Assembly (NCBI RefSeq): GCF_006345805.1
Contig: NC_042997.1
Span: 185,566,001-185,630,000 of the forward strand
DNA length: 64,000 nucleotides
Origin: Octopus sinensis
Lineage: Eukaryota
Reading direction: 5' to 3'
Numbering within the stretch: the stretch's first letter is position 1; each line of letters begins with the position of its first letter. The translations under genes were made by a program, and so were the position numbers. A model generated the notes under the pieces. The model had not been told where the DNA came from. It did no database searches and worked only from the letters and a program-made list of their open reading frames with translations. Positions 51,775-64,000 of this stretch are shown here, in pieces.

Positions 51775-52130
51775 GTGACGCATATTTGCCATTTGAATAT
51801 GGCTAACCCTTAAGGGTGGATGCTACTGTAGTTTGTAGCCCCAGGAAGATATCTCCGCCAGCTGACTATAGACACACTATCGGTGTCCTCTCAGTATTTG
51901 TGAAGGGGAGTCATCTTCCCCGTCTTCAACTCACAATACACACGGACCTGAGTTTCAAGGTGTTTACCTTTCATCAGCGTGTGACAATCATGGTTGTCGA
52001 CGAGAAGTCAGCTCCCTTCACAAATACATATACTTTTTCCAGTGTCGATTGACACTGATATTGAAAAAGTGAAATCAAACAATGATAAATATAAAGGGTT
52101 AGCCATATTCAAATGGCAAATATGCGTTAC
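51775..52130 (-). mobile_element. Hammerhead-bearing element (family HH-A) with 35-bp terminal inverted copy, abutting (TA)n
   Basis: 51775-51809 vs 52096-52130 inverted; body homologous to 8950-9232. Confidence 0.85.
51939..51983 (-). ncRNA. Type I hammerhead ribozyme with intact core
   Basis: CACACG-CUGAUGA-AAGGU(AAAC)ACCUU-GAAAC(UCAG)GUC/CGUGUG. Stem I 6 bp, stem II 5 bp, GUC cleavage triplet. Confidence 0.85.
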
Positions 52131-52189
52131 GATGTGTTACCGCTACTGTTTATAACTCGCTCTGAGATTTATCATTATATATATATAAT

Positions 52190-52265
<76 letters not shown>

Positions 52266-52407
52266 TAGATAAATGGTACAAGGCACCAATATTTACTGGA
52301 AAATAGCTATCGATATAAATACGACGCTATTGTATAGCTTCACTGTGTATATACTAGCAAAGACGTGTATGTGCAACAAACATGAAAAAATTTGTCTTAC
52401 CTCTAGG

Positions 52408-52473
<66 letters not shown>

Positions 52474-52498
52474 GCACATGTATATATGCATATATATA

Positions 52499-52543
<45 letters not shown>

Positions 52544-52669
52544 TGGTGACGTATGTTTAAACTGGGTTTCGATGAACATAGGATCAGAGAAGCAAATGTA
52601 TTGAAACTTCATGATTTAAGTGACAGCAGATATTGAAATTTCACACAATGTACTAATTTTCTCAGGTAT

Positions 52670-52710
<41 letters not shown>

Positions 52711-52767
52711 TGTGTGGTGTGTGTGTGTGTATTTGTGTGTGTCTGTGTATGTGTATACTTTCGAGGG

Positions 52768-53082
52768 GTATCCTCCCTCAGACGCTGCAAAACGTCGCAA
52801 TAGAACTCTCAATTAACGGTCTGGCCATGGGGCACGAATTCTCGATGCACAATTTCACGTTAACTCTTTGTTCTTGTCCATAATAATATCGCAGACTACA
52901 GCATACACGTGATCACAAACCACATATTTCACAACTTGCGAAGTAAACACAGCGATGTCACTTGGCACACTGCCTCATTAAGGTCACAGCTAGCTCTCAC
53001 TACGCGGGCAACTGTGTGTTGCCATCTGATGGGGTGCAACAGAACTAGTCCGGGAACTTTTTGATACCAACACTCATATATT
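52768..53082 (-). mobile_element. Internally deleted mariner derivative
   Basis: AGTCCGGGAACTTTTTGATACC at the right end and CGAGGGGTATC at the left; minus-strand MDKNK..RVNVK fused to IVHREFVPHGQTVN*EFYCDVLQRLRE. Confidence 0.65.
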
Positions 53083-53192
53083 TATATATATATATATACA
53101 TACACACACATGTATATATGTATGATATCTATATAACACTCGTACAGGCAATGACATATAGTTACATCTGAGATAATTAAAGTATTATACTA

Positions 53193-53734
53193 TTGAGTTG
53201 TCCGGAAAGTTCGTGCCAATTTATAGTAGCTTACATTTCGACTTATTTTAGAACATGTTTGAGTCCATAAAATAGGATTTGACTACACCTCCGTTTAGAG
53301 CACAGTTTAAGCTATCTTTTCGTGGAAGAAGGTTTATGTTCCTATAATTTTGTAACCCTTTAAAATGGAAGATAAGAAAGTTCATTTTCGGCACTTGATG
53401 TTTTGGGAACCAGACAAAAATTGCTGCAGCTCGGCTGGGATGTGTTACCCATATTCACCATATTCACCAGATATTGCTCCTTCGGATTTCGTCTTATTCA
53501 GGTCTCTGCAGAATAGTCTTAATAGTAAAAATTTCAATTCTTTCGATGACGTTAAATTCTTTGCTATGAAACTACCTCAATTCTGGGAAGAGGGTATTTT
53601 CAAATTAAAGGAAAAATGGAGACGCATTGTGAAACAAAATGTTTCATATTTGGTTGATTAAAAATGTAATGGCAAGTATTTATCGACCTTTTTCTTTCCT
53701 TTAAAAATCGGCACGAGCTTTCCGGACAACCTAA
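53193..53734 (+). mobile_element. Internally deleted mariner (542 bp) with both TIRs
   Basis: TA|TTGAGTTGTCCGGAAAGTTCGTGCC..GGCACGAGCTTTCCGGACAACCTAA|TA; MEDKKVHFRHLM fused to PYSPDIAPSDF..LFRSLQN. Confidence 0.92.
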
Positions 53735-54350
53735 TAAAATTAAATGATTGCTATCAGTTTAAGCAGATAATCCGAATTTCAAAAGTATCAGACTTTATAA
53801 TTTTTAATTGATCGATACAGATTTCAGCCATACATTAATTATCAGACATAGGCGACTGTGATTATCATATCTTTAGTATGTCTAGGACTATATCAATGTA
53901 GTGTGCTTACATTTCCATATGAATAGTGAGTGTTTTAAGTGAGAGTGGCTTGTATTTCCAGCAAATCTTTAAACGAATTAATAACCGTTTAGTAAAAGAG
54001 TGTGTTTCTTTATAATGTGCTAAAACATATAATAATGTTTAAGATACACCTGTCCGAATCTTTACCCACTCGTTAAACAGTCTGTCGCTTGTCGTCAAAA
54101 CAACAGCTGATGAGATTATTAAAATGTCGAGCTTGGGTAGATTAGGCAGAAGGCGAAGACTTCTAACCTACAAAAGCAGAACCGACTGCTGTCTAAGAAG
54201 ATTTATGAACCAATTTTCTGAATAGAAAGCTGGAAAAGAGTGAGTTGAAACAGAAAAAGGAAAAAAAAAGAAAAAAAAAACTGTTGAAGAGCAAACAAAG
54301 AATGAATGAAAAGTAAAAAAGAAAAGAAGAGATAGATAGATATATAGATT

Positions 54351-54738
54351 CTTTTATTCTTTTATTTGTTTCAGTCATTTGACTGCGGCCATGCTGGGGC
54401 ACCGCCTTTAGTCGAGCAAATCGACCCCAGGACTTATTCTTTGTAAGTCTAGTACTTATTCTATCGGTCTCTCTTGCCGAACGGCTAAGTTACGGGGACG
54501 TAAACACACCAACATCGGTTGTCAAGCGATGTTCGGGGGAACAAACACAGACACACACACATATACATACATATATACAATGGGCTTCTTTCAGTTTCCG
54601 CCTACCAAATCCACTCACAAGGCTTTGGTCCCCCCCCCCGAGACTATAGTAGAAGACACTTGCCCAAGGTGCCTTGCAGTGGGACTGAACCCGGGACCAT
54701 GTTGTTGGTAAGCAAGCTATTTACGACACAGCCACTCA
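54351..54738 (-). mobile_element. SINE group B, full length
   Basis: Tail, body and head (ACACAGCCACTC) present. Confidence 0.92.
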
Positions 54739-54894
54739 TAGGTAGGTAGATAGATAGACAGATAGATAGATAGTGCGAAAAGAAAAAGAGACCGACAATA
54801 TCACTACACTCAAGTCAGATTAGTTAAAATATCACTGTGCATGCTTTCTGCAAACTTGCAGTCACAACATCCAAAACAATAAATGACAATGGAA

Positions 54895-55285
54895 AGGCGT
54901 CGGGCAGCTAGAAACATTAGCACGCCGGGAGAAATGCTTAGCGGCATTTCATCTGCCGTTACGTTCTGAGTTCAAATTCCGACGAGGTCAACTTTGCCTT
55001 TCATCCTTTCGGGGTCGATTAACTAAGTGCCAGTTGCGCACTGGAGTCGATATAATCGACTTAATCCGTTTGTCTATCCTTGTTTGTCCTCTCTGTGTTT
55101 AGCCCCTTGTGGGTAGTAAAGAAATAGGTATTTCGTCTGCCGTTACGTTCTGAGTTCAAATTCCACCGAGGTCGACTTTGTCTTTAATCATTTCGGGGTC
55201 GATAAATTAAACACCAGTTGCGTATTGGTGTCCATATAATCTGGGCCCCTCCCTAAAAATTTCGGACCTTGTGTCTAGAGTAGCA
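54895..55285 (+). mobile_element. SINE group A dimer
   Basis: Head, then junction AAAGAAATAG|GTATTTCGTC at ~55130, then a second unit. Confidence 0.9.
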
Positions 55286-55642
55286 ACGGTAAAATTAATC
55301 CTGACAGGGCGCACGCGTACTTACGCTCACTCTCACAGACACACACACACACACACACACATTTGTGCGTGCGTGTGCATATATGTACATGCACACATAT
55401 ATACACGCCAACATATACATATGCAAATAAATAAATATGGTGTATGTGTGGGCGTGTGCACGTTGGTTTGTGTTAGATTAACAAAAGAGAGTGCTGAATA
55501 CATTGTGTAGAAGCTAATTTAGTGAACTTTTCTTTTGACTTCAGCTTCACGTGTTTACCAAGCACATGGAATAGAATATTATTACTTAGCCATAACGTTT
55601 CACGTCTGAAGATCGCGACACTAAATCTGAGTTTCCGACGTG

Positions 55643-55910
55643 CTCTGTGGTAAGGAGTTTGCTTCTCAGCCACACTGTTTGTGGGTTAGTATGACTGCGT
55701 GGTATCTTGAGCAAGTGTCTTCTACTATAAGCTGGGGATTTGGTGGCCGGAAATTGAAAGAAGCCTACCGTATATATATAAATGTGTGTGTGTGTATCCA
55801 GTCCCAATGCATGACACATTGGGTAAATGTATTCTGAGAAATCTGTGAGTCTACCAAAGATGTGTGAGTGGATTTAGTAGACAGAAACGGAAAGGAACTC
55901 ATTGTAAAAT
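55643..55910 (+). mobile_element. Degenerate group B SINE 5' halves
   Basis: TGTGGTAAGGAGTTTGC..TTGAGCAAGTGTCTTCTACTATA..GAAAGAAGCC. Confidence 0.65.
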
Positions 55911-56559
55911 ATATAGATATAATACACACACACACACACATATATATGAGTGCATGTGTGTGTGTATGTATATATTTACGTTTGTATGTCTACGCGCCAA
56001 TCCATCCATACAAAGCTAAGTATGTTAGTGTGCATCTGTGTATGTGAAGGAAAGAAAGAAAGAGAGAGAGAGAGAGAGAGAGAGTGAGTGTGAGTGTGTG
56101 TGTATGAACGTGTGTGTGTGTGTGTAATCTCACACACTGTATGCATTTATGCGAATTTGTGTTCGTGTGAATGCATATATTTTTTTTAAATGCGGTCGAT
56201 GGAAAATGAAATGAAAGAAAAACAAAGATGATAGACTGACTAGACAAGCAATGATTTAGATGAAGACATTTTCCAAAATCATTTTCTCTAGAGTTTTCCC
56301 TATTTTTTTCTCTCTTTTTTTCTGTTTTCGTCAACATAATATATAGGTGTCACTTTGTATGTACACGTGTGTGAGTTCACGCGTTTCTTTTGTTTGTCTG
56401 TCTGTACGCTTGTGTACGTATATGTGCGATCGTCCCGCTATACATATGCATCTGTAACGAAAAAAGTTCTCTATCTCTTTCACACACGCGCGAGCAAACA
56501 AACACACATACAGACTCTCGCTCTGTCTGACAGTCTATTTGTCTGTCGGACTCTCTCTC

Positions 56560-57006
56560 TCTCTTTCTTTCTTTCTGTCAGTCTGTATGTCAGTCTCACT
56601 GTCACACACGCATATACACACGCATGCTCAGACATGCACTCATGCTCAGACACACACACGTGTCCACACACGCACATGTTCAGACGCACTCATATGCTCA
56701 GACAAACGCACATGCTCACATACACTCACACATGCTCACGCACACATACATACTCAGACACACATGCTCAGAAACACACACATGTCCACACATACACACA
56801 CATGCTCGGACACACACACATGCTCAGACATGCACTCATGCTCAGACACACACACGCACATGTTCAGACACACTCATATGCTCGGACAAACACACATGCT
56901 CACATACACACACACACATGCTCACACACACCTACATGTTTACACACAAATATGCTCACACACACATACATGCTCAGACACACATATATATATACTCACA
57001 CACACA

Positions 57007-57038
<32 letters not shown>

Positions 57039-57300
57039 TTCTCACACACATACACAAGCAAAAACACACAGGGGAGGCGAGTCAGAAAGACAGGCAGAGA
57101 AGCAGATATGAATATCTATCGAGAGGAAGGACGAAGGGGAGAGAGGGAGAGACTTTGAATAGCAAAAGTAAAACACACGCACACACACACACACACACAC
57201 ACCACACACACACACACACACAAGCATACATATATACGTACATACACCCACGCGCAGACACATACAAACACATACACACCTATATATAGATGTACATCGT
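56560..57300. repeat. (CA)n-derived minisatellite (CACACATGCTCAGA-like units) with an internal duplication
   Basis: Recurrent ATGCTC-A(G/C)A units; 56620-56745 resembles 56812-56930. Confidence 0.85.
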
Positions 57301-58070
57301 TGTTTGCCTTTATAATATATGGTTGTTCAAAACACATGTTTCTTTTTCGTGTTTTTATGCAAATATAGAGCGTCACCTATAAAGACTAGCATACAAATAC
57401 TCAAATTTTAAAGCACGTATGAATACATAAAAGCATACATACGTACATACATACATACACACAGACAGATACACAGAGAGATACAAACACACACACACAC
57501 ACACAAACACACTCATGCAGACACACATATATACGTCTATATGTGCACGTATGCATAGATATGTGCGCGTATATATACATATGAGTGTGTGTGTACGAGA
57601 ATGTATAGTTATATATGTATGTATAAATGTTTATATAAATCTATCTTTGATGCGTGACATTTTGTAGAAACACACGCGCGCATATGTGTGTGGGGTGTGA
57701 GTGTGTGTTGATGTGTACATACATACGTACATACATACATACATACATACATACATACATACATACACACATACATAAATACATACACATACATACATGC
57801 ATACATATAAAAATACATACATACATATATATATATACACATATAAGAATTTTTTGCGCAATAAGATAAAAAAATACAAGGCTCTAATATATATACACCC
57901 TTGGTTTTTTATCTTATTACGAAAAGAATTCTTATATACACACGCTAACATAGAACCAACGTTGAACCCTTTATTCGCAATATTACCGAATCTGGAACTT
58001 AACTATGGTCTGTCTATAGTACTTATTCAGCATTACCTGACACCTTTGGGTCTCAACGACACCATTATCT

Positions 58071-58103
<33 letters not shown>

Positions 58104-58377
58104 ACATCAACACACACACATCATAAAGTGAGAGACACACAGATAGGTAGGCACAAATAGGGAATAGTATATATTTTCACAATCATATATATTCACTCAC
58201 GTACGTATATGCATACAGTGTATATAAAAGCAGAAACAGGTCACAAGAACGAAAGATGAAATGAGTTCCTTGTCCTTGCCATCTGCATAATTTTCAACTT
58301 ACATACTCATCCACTACATAGTTCAGGACTCATCTTTCCTAAAACTATGTCAAAAATAAACTAAACGCAATATAATC

Positions 58378-58602
58378 TATTTCTTTCCTACCCACAAGGG
58401 GCTAAACATAGAGGGGACAAACAAGGACAGACAAAGGGATTAAGTCGATTACATCGACCCCAGTGCGTAACTGGTACATATTTAATCGACCCCGAAAGGA
58501 TGAAAGGCAAAGTCGACCACGTCGGAATTTGAACTCAGAACGTAACGGCAGACGAAATACGGATACGCATTTCGCCCGGCGTGCTAACGTTTCTGCCAGC
58601 TT
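58378..58602 (-). mobile_element. SINE group A
   Basis: CTACCCACAAGGGGCTAAAC..GCCCGGCGTGCTAACGTTTCTGCCAGCT. Confidence 0.92.
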
Positions 58603-58895
58603 AATCTGAAATCCATGACCTAAATTATAAAATACATTTGATGTATTCATAAATTCCGCTTCCGGTTATTTGTGTCTTTATTACTGCCTTGTTATTGTTA
58701 AGGATTATGGTTTTTTTTTGTTTTTGTTATAATTGTTGAGGTTTTACGTGTTGTATTAATTTTGACTCTTCTTCACTTCTCCGAGGGAAAATCGCGAACA
58801 TTTCTAAGGTCTCCATAAGAAAATGTCGAAAGTCCAATTTTTGACTCTAGCTTAAAGGATTTATGCAGATGATAAATACATAAAAACATTTAGAT

Positions 58896-59042
58896 TGTGT
58901 TGTAACAAACCTGCTTCCCAAACACATGGTTCCGAGTTCAAATTGAATGTGTGGACCTTGGACTAGTGTCTCCTGCTATAGCCTCAGGTAGATAAAAGCT
59001 TCTTGAGTGGATTTTGTTGACAGAAACTGAAAAAGTATGTCG

Positions 59043-59136
<94 letters not shown>

Positions 59137-59397
59137 GATCGATCTATCTGTCTGTGTGTTCATCCGTCTTTTTGTCTGTCTGTCTATGTGAGTGTGTTTG
59201 TGCATATGTGTGTGTGTCTGTGTTTGTCCCCCATCACCGCTTGATAATCGGTGTTAGTGTGCTCACGTCCCCGTAACTTAGCGGTTGAGCATAAGAGGTC
59301 AACAGAATAATTATCAGGCTTAGCGAAATTATACTGACTGGGATCTCAAGGCGGTGCCCCTGCATGGCCGCAGTCTAATGACTGAAACAAGTAAATG
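58896..59397 (+). mobile_element. SINE group B, degenerate, with expanded internal (CTAT)n
   Basis: TGCTTCCCAAACACATGGTTCCGAGTTCAA..GCATGGCCGCAGTCTAATGACTGAAACAAGTAAA. Confidence 0.8.
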
Positions 59398-59932
59398 ACA
59401 ATATATATGTGTGTGTATATATACATATATATATATACATATAAATGTGTGTGTGTATGTACATATGTATATATGTGTGTGTGCGTATGTGTGTATGTGT
59501 GTGGGTGTTTCACTCTTATTGGATGATTTAAAGATGATCAATAAGATGGAAATTCGAAACTGCATAAAATGACCTACTCCCTGTCCAGTAAACCGTTTGG
59601 CCTCTCTTATTGCTGTGCCGTTATAACACAATGATCATATAATAAGCTGGAAGCTACTCTCGATATCTTCAGGGCGGGCGCTTCCTAACCATGCCCTACA
59701 CTGTGCGTCTAGTTCTCCTTCATTTGTGAGTGATGGTTATCGTTCTGTTTTAGTTTTAGTTGTGCTATTTTCTTTGTTACCCTGGGATTTTGGCTATATA
59801 TTTCTAAAGCCTTTCCTTAATCATTCCTAAAGTAAAGTGACTGCATCTGTTTTCAATTTCCCTATTCTGGTTATCTCTACTTCCAGATTTATAGCCCAAG
59901 ATAGTTTCTTATTATTACTATCATCATTATTA

Positions 59933-60040
59933 ATGTGGTGGAGCTGGTAGAATTGTTTCTGCACCAGACAGAATATTTAACAACATTTCTTCCAGTTCTG
60001 AGTTCAAATGCCACAAAAGCTGAGTTCAAATGCCACAAAG
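59933..60040 (+). mobile_element. Degenerate group A SINE head
   Basis: GTGGTGGAGCTGGTAGAATTGTT..TTCTGAGTTCAAATGCC (short duplication). Confidence 0.55.
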
Positions 60041-60111
60041 GGTGACGCTGCACAATGTGCAGTGTTCTTCTAATTATTCTGTTACTTTTTCAACCAGCCA
60101 TCATCCTTTTT

Positions 60112-60423
60112 CGGTCCTCCGTCGGTACGATGACGAGGATTCCAGATGATGCGATCAACGAAACAACCTGTTCATGAAATTAATGTGAAAGTGGCTGAGG
60201 ACTCCACAGACACCTGTGCCCTTAACATAGTTCTCAGGGAGTTTCAACGTGACACAGAATGTGACAAAGGCCGGCCCTTTGATTTACAGGTACAATTAAT
60301 TTTTGTCAGCTCAGTGGACTGGAGTAAGGTGAAATAAAATTTCTTGCTGAGGGGACACAACTCGCAACCAGGAATCGAACTCAGAATCTAACGGTTACCT
60401 TAACCACTAAACCACAAGCCTTC
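60112..60423 (-). mobile_element. SINE group C (head C2 + tail Y)
   Basis: Reverse complement: GGTTTAGTGGTTAAG..GAGTTCGATTCCTGG..CTCCAGTCCACTGAGCTGACAAAAAT..GAGAACTATGTTAAGGGCACAGGTGTCTGTGGAG. Confidence 0.8.
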
Positions 60424-60733
60424 ACCATCCTCATTTACACCAGCTGAAAAAATATATATACTGTTAGTAATGAAATAGTAACGTTAGTAACTGTTAGTAA
60501 TGAAATAGACAAATGGTTGAAGGAGTTTGGAATGGAATATCCTGTAGAACTTCTACAGAAAGTTTGTTTCTTAGGAACAGGAAAGATTAAATATTATTGA
60601 AAGCATATGGATATGAAAGGTCACAGGTAGTAACACGCTACCAACATAAATTCTACCAGGAATAGGACCAAGCTGACTCAAATCGAACAAAAACAAGAAC
60701 AATACAATCAACAACAACAACAACAACGACAGA

Positions 60734-60734
<1 letters not shown>

Positions 60735-60806
<72 letters not shown>

Positions 60807-60832
60807 TAATAATAATAATAATAACGATGATG

Positions 60833-60890
<58 letters not shown>
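60735..60890. repeat. (TAA)n microsatellite (LINE target)
   Basis: Direct inspection. Confidence 0.95.
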
Positions 60891-60892
<2 letters not shown>

Positions 60893-63193
60893 CAGGAATG
60901 CACAAAAAGCTGGCTGAAAACTTTAACAACGTACTAGCAGAGCCAGAGACAATGCCTGAATGGCTCACGAAGGGGAAAACCATCTTAATTCCCAAATCAA
61001 ATGAAACAGAAAAACCAGAAAACTACAGACCAATAACCTGCCTCCCTACTATGTTCAAGGCATTTACTGCAGTGATATCACAAAGGCTGAACAAGCACCT
61101 GGACGAAAACAAACTGTTCCCAGAAGAGCAGAAAGGATGCCGCAAAGGCTCATATGGCTGTAAAGATCAACTATAATGATTAATAAAGCCATAACTGAAG
61201 ACAGCCACAGAAAGAAGAAAGGCCTCAGTATGGCCTGGATTGACTACAAAAAGGCGTTTGATAGCATCCCCCACACATGGATCCTCGAAACACTAGCCAT
61301 TAACAAAGTAGCACCAACAATCATAAAATTCATAGAGCACTCTATGAATAAATGGCAAACAGTCCTACACCTCCAAACAAAAGAGGGACTCATGAAAACC
61401 AAAGACATCCCCATTAGAAGAGGAATATTCCAGGGAGATACGCTCTCTCCACTCCTTTTCTGCTTGGCACTGTCACCTCTATCTGATATGCTAAATAGAA
61501 CTGGATGCGGATATAAATGTTACGGCAAAACGATCAGCCACCTTTTATATATGGATGACCTAAAACTATACGCTGCAAATGACAAACAGCTGGAAACACT
61601 ATTAAAGACAGTTCATGGATTTACCAAAGAAATAGATATGAAATTTGGATTAGAAAAATGCGCCAAAGTAACCATGAAAAGAGGAAAACTAGTTAAGAGT
61701 AACAACATCACACTAGATGAAGCAATGAAATAAAAGAATTAGACCAAAGCCAAACTTACAAATACTTAGGAATCCATGAACTAGATAAGACACAACACAC
61801 ACAAATGAAGAGAAAATAAAAAAAGAATATTATAGACGAGTTAGATCAATACTAAACACAGAGCTCAATGCTAAAAACAAGATAATAGGTATCAACACTT
61901 TAGCTGTCCCAGTTATAAGTTACAGCTACAATATCCTTAACTGGACACGAAATGAACTGACCAAAATAGACAGGAACAAGAAAAAATGACAGGATCTAGG
62001 ATGCATCACCCAAAATCTGACATAGAAAGACTATATATACAACGTATAGAAGGTGGTAGAGGCCTTATACAGCTGGAAAACTACTATAAAATAACCACCA
62101 TCGGACTGCAAAAATATCTACTTCAGAAGGAAGGAAAACTGATCCAGATAGCGGCAAAACACGAGCAAAACAAACAACTGTTCTCAATATTTAAGGAAGC
62201 TGACAAATACAAACAAGAAATCTAATAAACATGAAGAAGAAGAAGATGATGAAGAAACAACAAAAGCTATAAAAAAATGAAATCCAAACTAAAAATAGAA
62301 CAGCAATGAACCATGATAAAACGATGGCAAGAAAAGCCCCTTCATGGTAAATACTGGACTAAACTAAACGCAAAAGAAATAGACAAAGAAAAATCCCAGC
62401 AATGGTTGAGAAGCTCAGGACTCAAAGCAGAAACAGAGGGATTTTTAATTGCAGCACAAGACCAAAGCCTCCCCACCAGAAATTACCAAAAACATGTAAT
62501 GAAAAGAAATATTACAAGTAACTGCAGAATATGTGGAGATGGACAAGAAACAATAAATCATATTATCTCTAGCTGCCCAGTCCTGGCTAAGAAGGAATTA
62601 TTCACAGACATGACAGAGTTGGAACTTACATACATTGGAAGCTATGCCAACATTATGGAATAACAACAGAAAAAAGATGGTATAGGCACACACCAGAAAA
62701 GGTCACAGAAAACGAGAAAGCAACCATACTCTGGGATATGCCGATACACACAGATAGAGAAATTAAGGCCAACAGACCAGATATAGTTGTCAGAGACCAA
62801 GAAGAAAAAAAATGCTTTCTAATTGATGTATCAGTACCGGCAGATGACAACGTGTCTCTAAAAGAAATGGAGAAACTCTCAAAATACAAAGACCTGGAAT
62901 AGAGGTAACTAGAATGTGGAATCTGAAAACAGAAACAATTCCTATCATAGTAGGTGCATTAGGCATGATAAAAAAATATTCAGACAAATACATAACAAAA
63001 ACACCAGGACTTACAAACACATATAACATACAGAAAATTGCACTACTAGGCACTGCACACATCCTACGCAGAACACTTTCCATACAATAACCATCAGAGC
63101 ATCACAACAAATCACAGCACATACCCAAGGCACACAGAGCTGCGCTCGGTAGTGAAGTGAAAGCACGCTATAAAAATAAAAATAAAACTACTG
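60891..63193 (+). mobile_element. 5'-truncated R4/Dong-clade non-LTR retrotransposon in (TAA)n
   Basis: RT, CCHC and RLE domains, 3' UTR ending CTACTGAA(TAA)n; (TAA)n on both sides. Confidence 0.92.
60898..63090 (+). pseudogene. RT - CCHC zinc finger - restriction-like endonuclease ORF, frameshifted
   Basis: NYRPITCLPTMFK; EEQKGC; WIDYKKAFDSIPH; RGIFQGDTLSPLLF; HLLYMDDLKLYA; FGLEKCA; CRICGDGQETINHIISSC; NRPDIVV..LIDVSVP..KYKDL. Confidence 0.95.
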
Positions 63194-63217
63194 AATAATA
63201 ATAATAATAATGATAAT

Positions 63218-63278
<61 letters not shown>

Positions 63279-63300
63279 GTAATAATAATAATAATAATAT
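63194..63300. repeat. (TAA)n microsatellite
   Basis: Direct inspection. Confidence 0.95.
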
Positions 63301-64000
63301 ATCAGAAATTCAAAATTCCAACGAAGTGAACATTAGTATAAATATTGTTCTGGGAAAAAGAAAACAATTTTATAATCAAGTGTGTCACCGAGTAAATCTA
63401 GTAAAATTTGAACTATTTCTCACCAAATCAAGGGACAAAGTTATAATACCATACAGCCTTCTTCCCCAGCCAAATATCCACCCTTGTCATCTATCTTCCC
63501 CTGTTCAAGGACTAATCTCATTTATTCCCTTTAATGCGAACTTTTTTCTAAGATATTTTCTGGTGGTGTGACTCCGTCGGATTTCAGCAGCGGCTTTTTT
63601 GCAAACTGCTTAGTACCGGTGATGGACATCCTTTGGTATACAAATCACAATTCTTTATCCAACTAACGGAGGGAAAAAGATTTGTCAATTCAATATAAAC
63701 ACAAACATCTGCTTGGTATTTATATTGATTCCAAAGAGCTGAAACTTACAATGTATAAATTCTTGTTTTGTTAATGTGTAATTTCAAAAAAAATTTGTTT
63801 CCTTGGTTTTCTGTCTCTGTATTCGAAATTTTACGCTACTGGTTAGTTAGAGGACATGTTTGCTAACAAGTTCGTGTTGACTTAACAAAAATAGCTGTTC
63901 AAAACGGTTGGTTATGTTTTTCACAGAATAAACCAGAAAAAAATTAAAAGAAAAAAAAATTAGTATTTACCTTTCTTAAGTTAACAGGAAATTTGTTGAA

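Noticed and set aside
56355-57289. His/Thr-rich ORFs up to 267 aa
   Set aside because: Translation of the CA-rich minisatellite; open in all three frames
63330-64000. Terminal unique-looking AT-rich sequence
   Set aside because: No ORF, TIR partner or in-window homologue to support a call

Overview
AT-rich, repeat-saturated animal genomic DNA. The SINE families, microsatellite load and LINE content look like a coleoid cephalopod (Octopus-type) intergenic or intronic region; this taxon call is inferred from repeat recognition. No host protein-coding gene can be called with confidence, and most ORF-track entries are microsatellite artefacts. Supported content: more than 30 copies of three tRNA-derived SINE groups; a 5'-truncated R4/Dong-clade RT + restriction-like-endonuclease LINE plus two 3' fragments, all in (TAA)n; a full-length and a truncated mariner, two internally deleted mariners and a Tc1 fragment; three non-autonomous Helitron-like elements; and several MITE-like or foldback inverted repeats. 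The main unexpected signal is six type I hammerhead-ribozyme (HHR) motifs at 20, 9029, 9292, 17867, 19183 and 51939, from about five sequence families. They lie in short non-coding elements beside (TA)n tracts, several with long inverted duplications. Four have palindromic stem III. Two related copies show compensatory base changes in stem II and in a long rod-like extension of stem I. This points to a set of non-autonomous, microsatellite-targeting, ribozyme-bearing retroelements (Penelope-like or retrozyme-like).
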